Source: Chitinophagaceae bacterium UBA2791 (lineage in GTDB: Bacteria; Bacteroidota; Bacteroidia; Chitinophagales; Chitinophagaceae). From it: a DNA stretch of 64,000 bases. The notes under the pieces are model-generated. The model saw only the letters and a program-made list of their open reading frames with translations. It did not search any database and was not told the origin of the DNA. Below are positions 35,112 to 45,514 of the stretch, piece after piece. A program made the translations under genes and the position numbers. Position 1 is the first letter of the stretch. Each line of letters opens with the position of its first letter. Location: NCBI GenBank assembly GCA_002352105.1, contig DEHV01000080.1, positions 5,231 through 69,230 of the forward strand. The letters run 5' to 3'.

Positions 35112-37541
35112 ATGAAGCTTTTTAGCGCCGTGACAGAGGGGGTATCCTTTCTTCTTTTTTTTCTTTTTCTTTCTATTGGCGGATCAGCGCAGGCTCCTGG
35201 AAAATCGTTGATAAAGGGAGTGATAATCGATTCTTCCAGCTCCCAACCATTAGGCTATGCCACCATAAAATTAATTGCAAGCGGCGACCAATCTCTACAG
35301 CAGGAATATATCTCGAATGAAAAGGGCGAGTTTCGTGCAGAAGTTGCGCCGGGAACTTATCATATAGAAGTGAGCTTTATGGGCTTCCGGCCGCATACTA
35401 CCCCTTTGTTTTCGGCAGATAAACCGGAAACTGACCTGGGCCGGATCTTGCTCGCGGACATTGCCAATACCCTGGAGGAAGTGATCGTACAGGCAGAAAA
35501 AAGTTCCATGCAACTGTCGCTGGATAAAAAAATATTTAACGTGGGGCTCGACCTGGCGAACGCAGGCGGCTCGGCTGTTGACATTCTTTCCAATGTTCCT
35601 TCTGTTTCCGTCGACCCGGAGGGAACAGTAAAATTAAGAGGAAGCGCCAATGTAAGGATACTGATCGACGGCAAACCATCGGGGCTTGTCAGCTTTAAAG
35701 GCAGCGGAGGTCTGCAGCAACTGCAGGCCAATATGATCGAAAGGGTCGAGATCATCACCAATCCTTCGGCCCGGTATGAGGCGGAAGGTATGGCGGGGAT
35801 TATCAATATTGTGCTCCGGAAAGAGAAAAAGCAGGGTTTTAACGGTTCCCTGGAGATCATTGCAGGCGATCCCGCCAATTTCGGCGGCGCCGCCAACCTG
35901 AATTACCGTCATAAAAAAATCAATTTTTTTATCAATTACGGGATTGCCTATCGCCGAACGCCAGGCATCGGCTCCCTGTACCAGGAGGTTTATGGAGCCG
36001 ATACGACCTTTATCCTGAAACAAAATACAAAAGGAAGGGTAACGGGCTTAAATAACAATATCCGGGGCGGACTGGATTTTTATTTTAATGAGAAAAGCGT
36101 TCTCACCGCCGCTTACCTGTTCCGCAGAAGCGATGCTGACCGGCTCACCAATATCCGTTATGCCGATTTTTATTTTGACGAGTCGAACCCCGCGGCCTTG
36201 ACCACCCGGCGGCAGGATGAAACAGAACAGGAACCCAATTCAGAATATTCCCTGATCTATAAAAGATCTTTTGAAGAAAAAGGTCATGAACTGGTAGCCG
36301 AAATAAGGTACCTCGATAACTGGGAAAACTCCGATCAGTTGTTTACGCAAACGCAACTGGAGCTGGACGGCTCCGAGCGACCTTATAAGACCAGCTTACA
36401 AAACTCGTTGAATGACGAATGGGAAAAACATTTCCTCGTGCAGGCGGATTATACAAAACCTATCGGCAAGGAAGGGAAGTTTGAAACCGGTTTAAGAAGC
36501 AGCTTCCGGAACATGACCAATGATTATGTGGTGAATGATATTGACGATTCTGGCGCGGAAACGCCTTTAGAGGGACTGGACAATATTTTCGTGTACAACG
36601 AAAACATCCACGCCGTTTACGGCATACTCGGAAATAAACAGCGCAAAATATCTTACCAGGCGGGACTGCGCGCAGAATGGACCGACGTAAAGACCACTCT
36701 TAAAAAAACCGATGAAACCAATCCGCGGAATTATGTAAACCTGTTTCCCAGTGCGCATTTCACGCTGGACCTGCCCCAGGAGAACGCCATCCAGCTCAGC
36801 TATAGCCGAAGGGTAACCAGGCCGTTCTATAACGAGCTGAGCCCATTCTTTACTTTTTCCGATAGCCGCAATTTTTCCAGCGGCAATCCCGACCTGGACC
36901 CCGAGTTCAGCGATGTAATTGAGCTGGGGCATATCAAGTATCTCGACAAAGGCTCTCTATCTTCATCTGTCTATTACCGATATACCAATGGAAAAATAAG
37001 CCATATCCGGACGGTGGATGACAAAGGTATGTCGATCAACAGACCAGAGAATCTTTTATCGGAGCAGTCGTTCGGAACCGAATTCATCGCCGATTATTCC
37101 GCATTTAAATGGTGGAAACTGAATGTCAACCTCAATTTCTTTTACGCCGATATAGATGGAAGCAATCTCGTTAAAACATATAAAACGTCTACCTATAGCT
37201 GGTTTGCCCGCCAAACCTCAAGATTTACAGTTGCCGGCAATACGGATATACAATTGCGGCTGAATTACGAGGCGCCGCAGAAAACCGTTCAGGGAACCAG
37301 GAGATCTCTTTATTATGCCGACCTCTCGGCAAGCAGGGACGTGCTTAAAGGCAAGGGCACCATTAACCTGAACCTGCTCGACATTTTTAATACGCGCAAA
37401 TCAAGATCGTTGACAGAAGGGCCTAACTTCTTTACCCGAAGCGAGTACCAGTACAGAAGAAGACAGATCAACGCTACATTCAGCTACCGTATCAAACAGG
37501 CAAAGGCGGCCAAGCCGAAAAAAGAAGCCGGCGAAGAATAA
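35112..37541 (+). CDS. TonB-dependent receptor / outer-membrane beta-barrel family protein
   Basis: Signal peptide, CarboxypepD_reg-like N-domain (IKGVIIDSSSSQPLGYATIKL), plug (VDILSNVPSVSVDPEGTVKLRGS) and a C-terminal barrel containing ATFSYR. Confidence 0.85.
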   Translation: MKLFSAVTEGVSFLLFFLFLSIGGSAQAPGKSLIKGVIIDSSSSQPLGYATIKLIASGDQSLQQEYISNEKGEFRAEVAPGTYHIEVSFMGFRPHTTPLFSADKPETDLGRILLADIANTLEEVIVQAEKSSMQLSLDKKIFNVGLDLANAGGSAVDILSNVPSVSVDPEGTVKLRGSANVRILIDGKPSGLVSFKGSGGLQQLQANMIERVEIITNPSARYEAEGMAGIINIVLRKEKKQGFNGSLEIIAGDPANFGGAANLNYRHKKINFFINYGIAYRRTPGIGSLYQEVYGADTTFILKQNTKGRVTGLNNNIRGGLDFYFNEKSVLTAAYLFRRSDADRLTNIRYADFYFDESNPAALTTRRQDETEQEPNSEYSLIYKRSFEEKGHELVAEIRYLDNWENSDQLFTQTQLELDGSERPYKTSLQNSLNDEWEKHFLVQADYTKPIGKEGKFETGLRSSFRNMTNDYVVNDIDDSGAETPLEGLDNIFVYNENIHAVYGILGNKQRKISYQAGLRAEWTDVKTTLKKTDETNPRNYVNLFPSAHFTLDLPQENAIQLSYSRRVTRPFYNELSPFFTFSDSRNFSSGNPDLDPEFSDVIELGHIKYLDKGSLSSSVYYRYTNGKISHIRTVDDKGMSINRPENLLSEQSFGTEFIADYSAFKWWKLNVNLNFFYADIDGSNLVKTYKTSTYSWFARQTSRFTVAGNTDIQLRLNYEAPQKTVQGTRRSLYYADLSASRDVLKGKGTINLNLLDIFNTRKSRSLTEGPNFFTRSEYQYRRRQINATFSYRIKQAKAAKPKKEAGEE

Positions 37542-37555
37542 AGCCGCGACGCTAT

Positions 37556-39484
37556 CTATATGGGAACAATAACCGTAAATGAAGCGCCCTCGTTCAATTT
37601 ACTCCTGGCAAAGATCACGCCCCCATGATTCTCTACGATCTTTTTACAGATGGCCAGCCCTATTCCGGCGCCGTCGTATTCCGATCTGCTATGAAGACGC
37701 TGGAAGATGACAAATATCTTATCCGCAAACTTCTCTTCGAAGCCAATTCCATTATCCGTGAACGTTAGCTGCAGATAGCGGCTAGCCTTAGCGAGATTAG
37801 ACAGGATCTGACGCGAAATCTCTTCCTGCTCCAGTATGGCATGGCTGATATTGATAACCGGATGGGTTCCGTCTTTTCTCGAAAATTTAAGGGAATTACT
37901 GACGAGGTTCTGGAATAATTGCCTGAATTGGGATACAACAATGTTAGCGACGGGCAGGCCGTCGGTCTTTACAATGGCCTTGCTTGTCTCCAGCTTGCAT
38001 TCCAGGGTCTGCAATACTTCTTCCAACAGGCGCTGAAGACTGTGCTGGCTGTATTCCTTATCGCCCGAGAGGGTAGAAATCGAAAGCAGGTCATTGATCA
38101 TCTGCTGCATTCTCATGGATGAATGCACGATCTTTTCCAGATAAGCCCTTCCCTCCTCCTGCAAGCTTTCACGGTGTTTCAACAAAAGCCGGTCGCCGAA
38201 AGTAGATATCTTACGCAAGGGCTCCTGCAGGTCGTGACTGGCTACATACGCAAACTCTTCAAGACTGGTATTGGATTGTTGCAGCGCTATCGTTTTTTGA
38301 AACAGCTCCTCTTCGATGTTTTTTCTATCTGTGATGTCCAATACCGCTCCCAGCACCTCCATGATGTATTGATCGGCGGTCGCGCTGAATACGATCTCCC
38401 GGGCCAGCATCCATCGCCAGGAGCCGTTCTTGTGTTTCATCCGGCACTCGACATTAAACAATAATTTCTCCGGCTTAATTCCTCTTTTGTATTTCCCGAA
38501 TCGCTCAGCGATCCTTTTAAAATCATCGGGATGATAGATCTCCCGTATCACTTTTTCCCCCATTTCCAATATCTCCGCAGGCGTATAACCTAAAACATTT
38601 TCTATTTCATTGTTGACGTATACAATACGGCCTATCCTCGCGTCAAAAAGATAAAGAACGGTAGGAGAAGCGTCGGCAATATGTTTGATGAACTGCTCGC
38701 TTCTTTCGAGCCTTTCAATCAAAAGCTGTTTCTCGGTAATGTCCTGGCAGGTCCCAATAACCTTGTAGATATCTCCATTTTCATCCAGCAACGGCTCTCT
38801 CCTGACCTGGAGTATCTTCATGCTGCCGTCGTCGAGGGTGATCCTGCTCAGGTATTCCTGCGCTTTCTTTTCCTTTAGCAGCTCTTGGTAATTTTGTTCG
38901 TAGAACTCCCTGTCTTCTTCACAAATAAACGACATGAAACGCTCCATCGTAATGACCTCCGATTGGGGAGCAAGGCCATAGATGCGGTATAATTCATCCG
39001 ACCAATTGATCTTGTCGCTTGCCTTTTCCCAGGACCAGTTGCCGACATGCGCCGCAGCCTGGGCCTGCGTATACAATTCCTGGCTCCGTTGCAGTTTGCG
39101 CAGCATATGATGGCGGCCGGTGATATCCATCACAACGCCATGTATGCTTACCGCCGCATCATCTTTAAAACTTACTTTGCCGCGCGACCATAAAACCTTT
39201 TCAGCAGGCCCGGGCTGGTAACGAAATTCAAAATCATAGTCGCCGCTTACGGACAGCGCATGATCAATGGCCGCCCGTAAGCCGGGCCTGTCAGAAGGAT
39301 GCACATTCAACATTAATGCCTCAAACGAAATGACGCCGGAAATGTTCAGTATCTTTTCAAAATGAGGCGTTCCCGAAATGCTGTTATCAGGAAGACGCCA
39401 GGTATAACTGCCCATATCGGCAAGCTCCTGGGCTTCCAATAATTCTTTACAATAGTCGTCATATGTGCGGGGTTGAGAATACAC
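37556..39484 (-). CDS. Multi-PAS sensor histidine kinase
   Basis: At least three PAS/PAC repeats are present (for example WMLAREIVF). The HisKA H-box is FAYVASHDLQEPLRKI. HATPase_c motifs are NLVSNSLKF, DNGIGF and GAGIGLAICKKI. Confidence 0.9.
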   Translation of the reverse strand: MYSQPRTYDDYCKELLEAQELADMGSYTWRLPDNSISGTPHFEKILNISGVISFEALMLNVHPSDRPGLRAAIDHALSVSGDYDFEFRYQPGPAEKVLWSRGKVSFKDDAAVSIHGVVMDITGRHHMLRKLQRSQELYTQAQAAAHVGNWSWEKASDKINWSDELYRIYGLAPQSEVITMERFMSFICEEDREFYEQNYQELLKEKKAQEYLSRITLDDGSMKILQVRREPLLDENGDIYKVIGTCQDITEKQLLIERLERSEQFIKHIADASPTVLYLFDARIGRIVYVNNEIENVLGYTPAEILEMGEKVIREIYHPDDFKRIAERFGKYKRGIKPEKLLFNVECRMKHKNGSWRWMLAREIVFSATADQYIMEVLGAVLDITDRKNIEEELFQKTIALQQSNTSLEEFAYVASHDLQEPLRKISTFGDRLLLKHRESLQEEGRAYLEKIVHSSMRMQQMINDLLSISTLSGDKEYSQHSLQRLLEEVLQTLECKLETSKAIVKTDGLPVANIVVSQFRQLFQNLVSNSLKFSRKDGTHPVINISHAILEQEEISRQILSNLAKASRYLQLTFTDNGIGFEEKFADKIFVIFQRLHSRSEYDGAGIGLAICKKIVENHGGVIFARSKLNEGASFTVIVPI

Positions 39485-39592
39485 CGTACCTGGCCTTAAC
39501 CTTTACCGTTTAAATTTAACCATTAATAGCGGATAGCGACATGATATTTGTCATCTTCCCCACAAATGGATAAGATTCAGGCTATGGGAGGT

Positions 39593-40780
39593 CTACCTAT
39601 TGTATTCGGCCAGGGCTTTTTCTAGGCAATCCATGGCCCGGGACAGGTCTTCCGTATTCAGCACATAGGCGAGCCGAACTTCGTTCGCTCCCCTGCTCCG
39701 GTCGGCATAAAACCCGCTTGCCGGCGCAAGCATTACCGTTTGGTTGTTGTCAGCAAAGGATTCCAGCAGCCATTGGCAGAACGTATCGGCATCATCGACG
39801 GGCAGTCGCGCCATCGCATAAAACGCGCCCCCGGGGTTTGGGCAGAAAACGCCGGGCATGGCATTCAGCCTGGAGACCAGCAGATCCCTTCTTTTTTGAT
39901 ATTCGGCCTTTGTAGCGTCAAAATAATCAGAAGGAAGATCTACCGCCGCTTCAGCCAGGATCTGGCCGTATGTAGGCGGACTAAGCCTCGCCTGCGCAAA
40001 CTTCATAGCGGTATCCAAGATTTGTTTGTTCCTGGTAATAAAAGCGCCGATCCTGGCGCCGCAGGCGCTGTATCTTTTAGATACGGTATCCATCAGCACA
40101 ACATGTTCATCAACGCCGGTCAGTTTCATGGCGCTAAAATGTTCGCCGGCATAGCAGAACTCACGATAAGCCTCATCCGCAAAAAGATAAAGGCCATGTT
40201 TAATGATCAGCTGCTTTAACACTTCCAGCTCTTCGCGCGAATAAAGATAACCCGTAGGATTATTGGGGTTGCAGATCATGATGGCCCTTGTCCGGGGAGT
40301 GATGGCTTTTTCGAATGCTTCTATCGGGGGAAGCGCAAAACCTGATTCAATGGAGGAGCCCGCCGTTTTAACAGTTATACCGGCTTCCACCGCAAACCCG
40401 TTATAATTGGCATAGAAGGGTTCGGGAATGACCACCTCATCGCCGGCGTCCAAACAGCTCATGAATCCGAAACGGATCGCTTCAGAGCCGCCGGTGGTAA
40501 CAATGATCTGGTCGTAGCGTATATCAATGCCCGATCTTTGGTAGTACTCGGCCAGTTTACGGCGATACGTTTCATGACCGGCGCTATGGCTGTATTCCAG
40601 CACTTTGAAATCAGCGCGCCTCACAGCATCCAGGATCGCCGGAGCGGTTTCTATATCCGGCTGTCCAATATTCAGATGATATACCTTAATTCCTTTTTTT
40701 CTTGCCGCTTCCGCATAGGGAACCAGTTTCCTGATGGGGGAAGAGGGCATCTGCAGGCCGCGCTGACTTATTGATAACAT
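39593..40780 (-). CDS. Pyridoxal-phosphate-dependent aminotransferase (class I/II, aspartate/aromatic type)
   Basis: The start is at the internal ATG (MLSISQRGLQMPSSPIRKL). NPNNPTG, the PLP-Lys region SVSKRYSACGARIG and the C-terminal RLAY are present. Confidence 0.9.
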   Translation of the reverse strand: MLSISQRGLQMPSSPIRKLVPYAEAARKKGIKVYHLNIGQPDIETAPAILDAVRRADFKVLEYSHSAGHETYRRKLAEYYQRSGIDIRYDQIIVTTGGSEAIRFGFMSCLDAGDEVVIPEPFYANYNGFAVEAGITVKTAGSSIESGFALPPIEAFEKAITPRTRAIMICNPNNPTGYLYSREELEVLKQLIIKHGLYLFADEAYREFCYAGEHFSAMKLTGVDEHVVLMDTVSKRYSACGARIGAFITRNKQILDTAMKFAQARLSPPTYGQILAEAAVDLPSDYFDATKAEYQKRRDLLVSRLNAMPGVFCPNPGGAFYAMARLPVDDADTFCQWLLESFADNNQTVMLAPASGFYADRSRGANEVRLAYVLNTEDLSRAMDCLEKALAEYNR

Positions 40781-40874
40781 ATCCGTAAAGATAAGAAGGA
40801 GCAAAAATAAAATCCCTGCAAGTTAAGGTTGCAGGGATAAATATTGAATTAAATAACGATGAGTCCTATATGGA

Positions 40875-41318
40875 TTATTTAGCTGTCTTGGCCGTTTTGC
40901 CCTCTTTCTCAAATTTAGCGTATTCCTCGGCGTTCAATACCTCGCCCTTGATCGTGATCTGGGCAGGAATATCTATGCCGGCAACCTTGATGGTGATCTG
41001 CTTGCTAAATGTTCCCAAGGCTGCGGCATTAAATCCTGCAGTAATGATCTCCTCCTTCCCTTTGGCAACAGGGGCCTGCGGCCAGGAAGGCGTAGTGCAT
41101 CCGCAGGAGGCGGTGGCATTCTCAATAATAACGGGTTTATCGCTTATATTGGTAAAGGCAAAATCATGGGTCACGGGAACGCCTTGCTTGATCTTACCAA
41201 AATCATACACATTCTCCTTGAACTTGATCACATTATCCGCCTTTTTCAGGGTCGCTTCCTGCGCAAATGCGGTAACGGCAATAAACATTACGGAAAAGGC
41301 GAGCATTATTTTTTTCAT
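40875..41318 (-). CDS. DUF1573 domain protein
   Basis: Signal peptide, then F.F.N.G..PL.I....aSCGCTtP.W...P...G in the form FAFTNISDKPVIIENATASCGCTTPSWPQAPV. Confidence 0.8.
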   Translation of the reverse strand: MKKIMLAFSVMFIAVTAFAQEATLKKADNVIKFKENVYDFGKIKQGVPVTHDFAFTNISDKPVIIENATASCGCTTPSWPQAPVAKGKEEIITAGFNAAALGTFSKQITIKVAGIDIPAQITIKGEVLNAEEYAKFEKEGKTAKTAK

Positions 41319-41330
41319 ATCTTATTGGTT

Positions 41331-41768
41331 TTAGTTTGATTTGATCAATGATAAGGATGCGTTCAGCGGAGCCGAGGTTGCAGGGGTTTTATAAACATCT
41401 CCCGAAATCTCTATGGTCTTGGTAAGATTGCCATTATAGGAAATGGTGATCGTTTTTGAAAAATGACCCTCTGAAGCGGCGTTAAAACCCACTTTTATGG
41501 AAGAGGAAGCGCCGGGAGCAATAGGTTCCTGGCTCCATTCCGGGGTGGTACAGCCGCATGTAGCGTGCACATGCCGGATCAGCAACAGCCCTTTCCCCTT
41601 GTTTACCAACTCAAATACATGTTCTACCGGGCGTCCCTGGGGGATCTTTCCAAAATTATAGCTAAGCTCCTTAAAATGAAGGCTTTCATCAGCCTGCTGA
41701 AGAGAAGACTGTGCAAAGCCTGCCATCATTGCAGATAGCCCGAATACCAGTAGCAGAAATTTCTTCAT
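41331..41768 (-). CDS. DUF1573 domain protein (tandem paralogue)
   Basis: The start is at the internal ATG (MKKFLLLVFGLSAMMAGFA). Core motif HVHATCGCTTPEWSQEPIAPG. Confidence 0.8.
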   Translation of the reverse strand: MKKFLLLVFGLSAMMAGFAQSSLQQADESLHFKELSYNFGKIPQGRPVEHVFELVNKGKGLLLIRHVHATCGCTTPEWSQEPIAPGASSSIKVGFNAASEGHFSKTITISYNGNLTKTIEISGDVYKTPATSAPLNASLSLIKSN

Positions 41769-41916
41769 TTCTTTGAAAATTAATTTCCTGTTCCAAAAAT
41801 ACCTATTTAACGTTCTATATGCCAACAAAATTTGATGTTTAAATGTTTTTTTAACATCCGGAGCATTTTTTCCGCATATTAAAAAGCTATTTATAAAATT
41901 CATGTAGGTTTGCGAC

Positions 41917-44304
41917 ATGGAAAAAGTTGAACTAACCTCTTCAACCGCCACCGAAAAGCTGTCTTTTAATAAGTTTCGCGAGGAAGTATTAAGGGATTAC
42001 CAGTTATGCTGCGAAAGTCGCGAAGCCAGCCTTCTCGGCCGAAAAGAAGTGTTAACGGGAAAGGCCAAATTCGGAATATTCGGCGACGGAAAGGAGGTTG
42101 CCCAGGTAGCTGCGGCCAAATTTTTTCAACCGGGCGATTTTCTATCCGGGTATTATCGCGATCAGACGATCGCTTTTGCCACGGGTCAGGCGACCATGGA
42201 AGAATTTTTCTCTCAGCTATATGCAGATCCGGATTCAACGCATGACCCTCATAGTTCAGGGAGACAGATGAATTCTCATTTTGCCACCGCTTTTGTGGAT
42301 GAAACTGGCGATTGGCTGGATCTTGTCAACCGCAAGAACCTCGCCGCCCCCCTTGCGCCGACAGCATCCCAGATGCCGCGCTCCCTCGGGCTGGCGCTGG
42401 CCTCCAAGCTATTCCGGCATAGTCCTGCATTAAAACCATATAAACGCCTCAGCAACCAGGGCAACGAGGTTTGCTTTTGCACCATCGGAGACGCTTCTAC
42501 CTCGGAGGGGCATTTCTGGGAAACGGTCAACGCCGCCGGCGTTATGCAGATACCGCTGGCCATTTTTATCTGGGACGACGGGTACGGCATTTCCGTGCCC
42601 AAGGAGATCCAAACGACCAAGGGCTCCATATCGGAAGCGTTGAGCGGTATGGAAAAAAAAGAGGGCGCCAACGGCTTTCGCATTTATAAAGTGAAGGCAT
42701 GGGATTATGCAGGCATGTGCGAAGTCTTCGAACAAGGGATCCGCGTGATGAGAGAAACGCATGTGCCCGCCATTTTTCATGTGGAAGAAGTTACGCAGCC
42801 CCAGGGCCATTCTACTTCAGGCAGCCATGAGCGTTACAAGACGCCCGAGAGGCTCGAATGGGAAAGGGACTGGGACGCCAATAAGAAACTGCGGCAATGG
42901 ATATTGGAAAACGCGCTGGCCAGCGAAGAAGAGCTGAACGATATCCAGGCTGCGGCAAAGGAGTACGTTAAAAAAAGTCGCCTGGCCGCCTGGAACAAAT
43001 TCAACGGCAACATGGTATCCCTGGTCAACCGCTCCGTGGAAGCTATGGACGAACTGATCCGGGGCGGCGCCGATATCCAGGGGAATATCGCCAAGGTCAA
43101 AAACGAATTGCTTGCCAACAAGGAACCGCAACGAAGACATATATTAAGGGCCCTGCATGCCATTTTGCTCGACGCCGGCGATTCCCCGCTGGCGCAGCAG
43201 GCCAGGACCTGCTATGAAGAGATACGGCAGGAAGGATATAAGCTTTATTCCGCCCAGCTATACGACGAATCCGATAAAAGCCCCCTCCTCGTCGCCTCCA
43301 ATAAGGTTGAGTATACCGATCAATGGATCAACGGCTTTGAAATACTGAACAGGTATTTCGACGGATTGTTCGCCAAAAATCCATTGGTGATCGCCTATGG
43401 CGAGGATGTGGGAAAGATCGGAGACGTAAACCAGGGATTTGCCGGACTGCAACACAAATATTCCGATCTGCGCATCTTCGATACCGGTATCCGCGAGCTG
43501 ACCATTATCGGGCAGGGAATAGGCCTGGCCTTGCGGGGATTAAGGCCTATCGCTGAAATACAATACCTGGATTATATACTCTATTGCATTCAAATGCTTA
43601 GCGATGACGCCGCCAGCCTGAGCTGGAGGACAAAGGGGAAACAACGCTGCCCGTTGATCGTCAGGACCCGTGGGCATCGCCTCGAAGGCATCTGGCATAG
43701 CGGCTCGCCCCTGGGATTAATGATCCACGCCCTCAGAGGATTCCATATCTGCGTGCCTCGTAATATGACGCAGGCAGCGGGACTATACAATACCCTGCTT
43801 ACCGGAAATGATCCGGCTATCGTGATAGAACCCCTGAATGGCTACCGGCTAAAAGAACGCCTTCCTTCCAACCTCTCCGACTATCGCGTGGCGTTAGGCG
43901 AACCGGAGATCATCAGGGAAGGGACCGATATTACCATCGTTTCTTATGGCTCTACCCTGCGCATCGTGGAAGAATCCTGTAATATTCTTTCCCGGCACGG
44001 CATCAGCGGGGAAATAATCGATGTGCAAACGCTGCTTCCCTTCGACGTCAGGCATACCATTCTTGATTCCCTGAAGAAAACCAACCGGATCGTATTCATC
44101 GATGAAGATGTTCCCGGCGGGGCCGCAGGATATATGTTTACCATGGTCATGGAAAAACAGGGAGGATACCGCTGGCTGGATACCGCCCCCAGAACCATTA
44201 CCGGCAAGGATCACCGCCCCAGCTACGGCAGCGATGGCGATTATTTCAGCAAACCCAATACCGAAGAGATCGTCAGCGTCATCATGGAAATGATGAAAGA
44301 ATAA
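41917..44304 (+). CDS. Fused alpha/beta E1 component of a 2-oxoacid (branched-chain type) dehydrogenase, TPP-dependent
   Basis: 795 aa. The N-terminal half has the E1-alpha TPP motif (GDASTSEGHFWE). The C-terminal half is E1-beta/transketolase-like (DTGIRELTIIGQGIGLALRGLRPIAEIQYLDY). Confidence 0.85.
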   Translation: MEKVELTSSTATEKLSFNKFREEVLRDYQLCCESREASLLGRKEVLTGKAKFGIFGDGKEVAQVAAAKFFQPGDFLSGYYRDQTIAFATGQATMEEFFSQLYADPDSTHDPHSSGRQMNSHFATAFVDETGDWLDLVNRKNLAAPLAPTASQMPRSLGLALASKLFRHSPALKPYKRLSNQGNEVCFCTIGDASTSEGHFWETVNAAGVMQIPLAIFIWDDGYGISVPKEIQTTKGSISEALSGMEKKEGANGFRIYKVKAWDYAGMCEVFEQGIRVMRETHVPAIFHVEEVTQPQGHSTSGSHERYKTPERLEWERDWDANKKLRQWILENALASEEELNDIQAAAKEYVKKSRLAAWNKFNGNMVSLVNRSVEAMDELIRGGADIQGNIAKVKNELLANKEPQRRHILRALHAILLDAGDSPLAQQARTCYEEIRQEGYKLYSAQLYDESDKSPLLVASNKVEYTDQWINGFEILNRYFDGLFAKNPLVIAYGEDVGKIGDVNQGFAGLQHKYSDLRIFDTGIRELTIIGQGIGLALRGLRPIAEIQYLDYILYCIQMLSDDAASLSWRTKGKQRCPLIVRTRGHRLEGIWHSGSPLGLMIHALRGFHICVPRNMTQAAGLYNTLLTGNDPAIVIEPLNGYRLKERLPSNLSDYRVALGEPEIIREGTDITIVSYGSTLRIVEESCNILSRHGISGEIIDVQTLLPFDVRHTILDSLKKTNRIVFIDEDVPGGAAGYMFTMVMEKQGGYRWLDTAPRTITGKDHRPSYGSDGDYFSKPNTEEIVSVIMEMMKE

Positions 44305-44326
44305 TTTTCATTCAAAAATCTCGCAA

Positions 44327-44659
44327 ATGCTCTCTCCGGAGGAAAAAAGATTTATCCGTTCCTGGGATGAACAAAGAAAGGGCGGACGCTGGTCATACTA
44401 CCTGCTCTATATTCCCGTCGGCGCCTTCATTTGCAGCCTGATACTATCGGTATTCCTCTACCTGTTTTTCCAGATAACCCTGGGCGCGCCGTTTTTATGG
44501 TTTGTTTTCGCCGCCAGCCTGGCGCTCAGCCTGATCCTGACGCTTGGCTCCTGGCACAATAACGAAAGAAAATTCAAAAGGATCATTCAACGGGAGATTG
44601 AGGAAGGGCGCGAGAGAGACCGGGAACAGGCAGCCGAAAAGGGGCCGGACAATGTCTAG
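44327..44659 (+). CDS. Small hypothetical membrane protein (2 TM)
   Basis: Two hydrophobic helices. No family was recognised. Confidence 0.45.
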   Translation: MLSPEEKRFIRSWDEQRKGGRWSYYLLYIPVGAFICSLILSVFLYLFFQITLGAPFLWFVFAASLALSLILTLGSWHNNERKFKRIIQREIEEGRERDREQAAEKGPDNV

Positions 44660-44761
44660 TTCGCCAAATAAACCCTTATGATTGAATAGGAAGCGCCCGC
44701 AGGGAACTGCTTTTTATAAGACCCAGGGATACAGATCAAACCTTATGATCGAATAGAAGCC

Positions 44762-45484
44762 CTACTGAAGATTATGAAACACTTTCTGTACGTCTTCATC
44801 TTGCTCCAGCTTATCCACCAGCTTTAACACTTCCTGGGCCTGGTCTTCGGGTAATTGCACGGTCGTGCCGGGAATCCATTCCAGTTCCGCGCTTATCGGG
44901 ATAATACCTTTCTCCTCCAGGGCCTTCTGCATGTTGCCGAAATCGCTGAAACCGGTTCTCAGCACCAAAACAGTTTCATCGTTCTCTCCGGAGCCCTCTC
45001 CCATTTCCTCAAGCCCGGCGTCGATCAGTTCCAATTCCAGTTCCTCTTCTTTCAGTCCCTCGGGCTTTAATTTAAAAACGCCCATCTTCCTGAACTGAAA
45101 ACTAACGCTGCCGCTGGTTCCCAACGAGCCGTTCCCCTTATTAAAATGAGCGCGCAGGTTGGCTACCGTACGCGTCGGGTTATCCGTAGCCGTCTCCGTC
45201 AGTATGGCCACTCCATGAGGCCCATACCCCTCGTACAGGATCTCTTCAAAATTAACCATCTCCTTACCCATAGCCCTTTTGATCGCCGCTTCCACGCGAT
45301 CCTTGGGCATGTTCACGCTCTTGGCATTCTGCATGCACCTTCTCAGCGCCGGATTGGTATCGGGATCGGGCCCTCCGGCCTTCACCGCAATAGCAATTTC
45401 CTTCCCAATCCTGGAAAACTGTTTTGCCATCTTATCCCAACGGGCAAACATCGTGGCTTTTCTAACTTCAAATATGCGCCCCAT
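44762..45484 (-). CDS. YebC/PmpR family DNA-binding transcriptional regulator
   Basis: [48 protein letters not shown]...[11 protein letters not shown] is family-diagnostic. Confidence 0.95.
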   Translation of the reverse strand: MGRIFEVRKATMFARWDKMAKQFSRIGKEIAIAVKAGGPDPDTNPALRRCMQNAKSVNMPKDRVEAAIKRAMGKEMVNFEEILYEGYGPHGVAILTETATDNPTRTVANLRAHFNKGNGSLGTSGSVSFQFRKMGVFKLKPEGLKEEELELELIDAGLEEMGEGSGENDETVLVLRTGFSDFGNMQKALEEKGIIPISAELEWIPGTTVQLPEDQAQEVLKLVDKLEQDEDVQKVFHNLQ

Positions 45485-45514
45485 ATCAACTCAGGTATTA
45501 TTATTTGTCCATTA

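Noticed and set aside
40870-41334. 154-aa plus-strand ORF.
   Set aside because: It is antisense to the DUF1573 gene, which has a signal peptide and the family CGCTTP motif. The plus-strand ORF has no support.
41917-44304. The fused E1 alpha/beta dehydrogenase considered as an unusual gene fusion.
   Set aside because: As I recall, this fusion is the normal form of the enzyme in Bacteroidota. It is not noteworthy.
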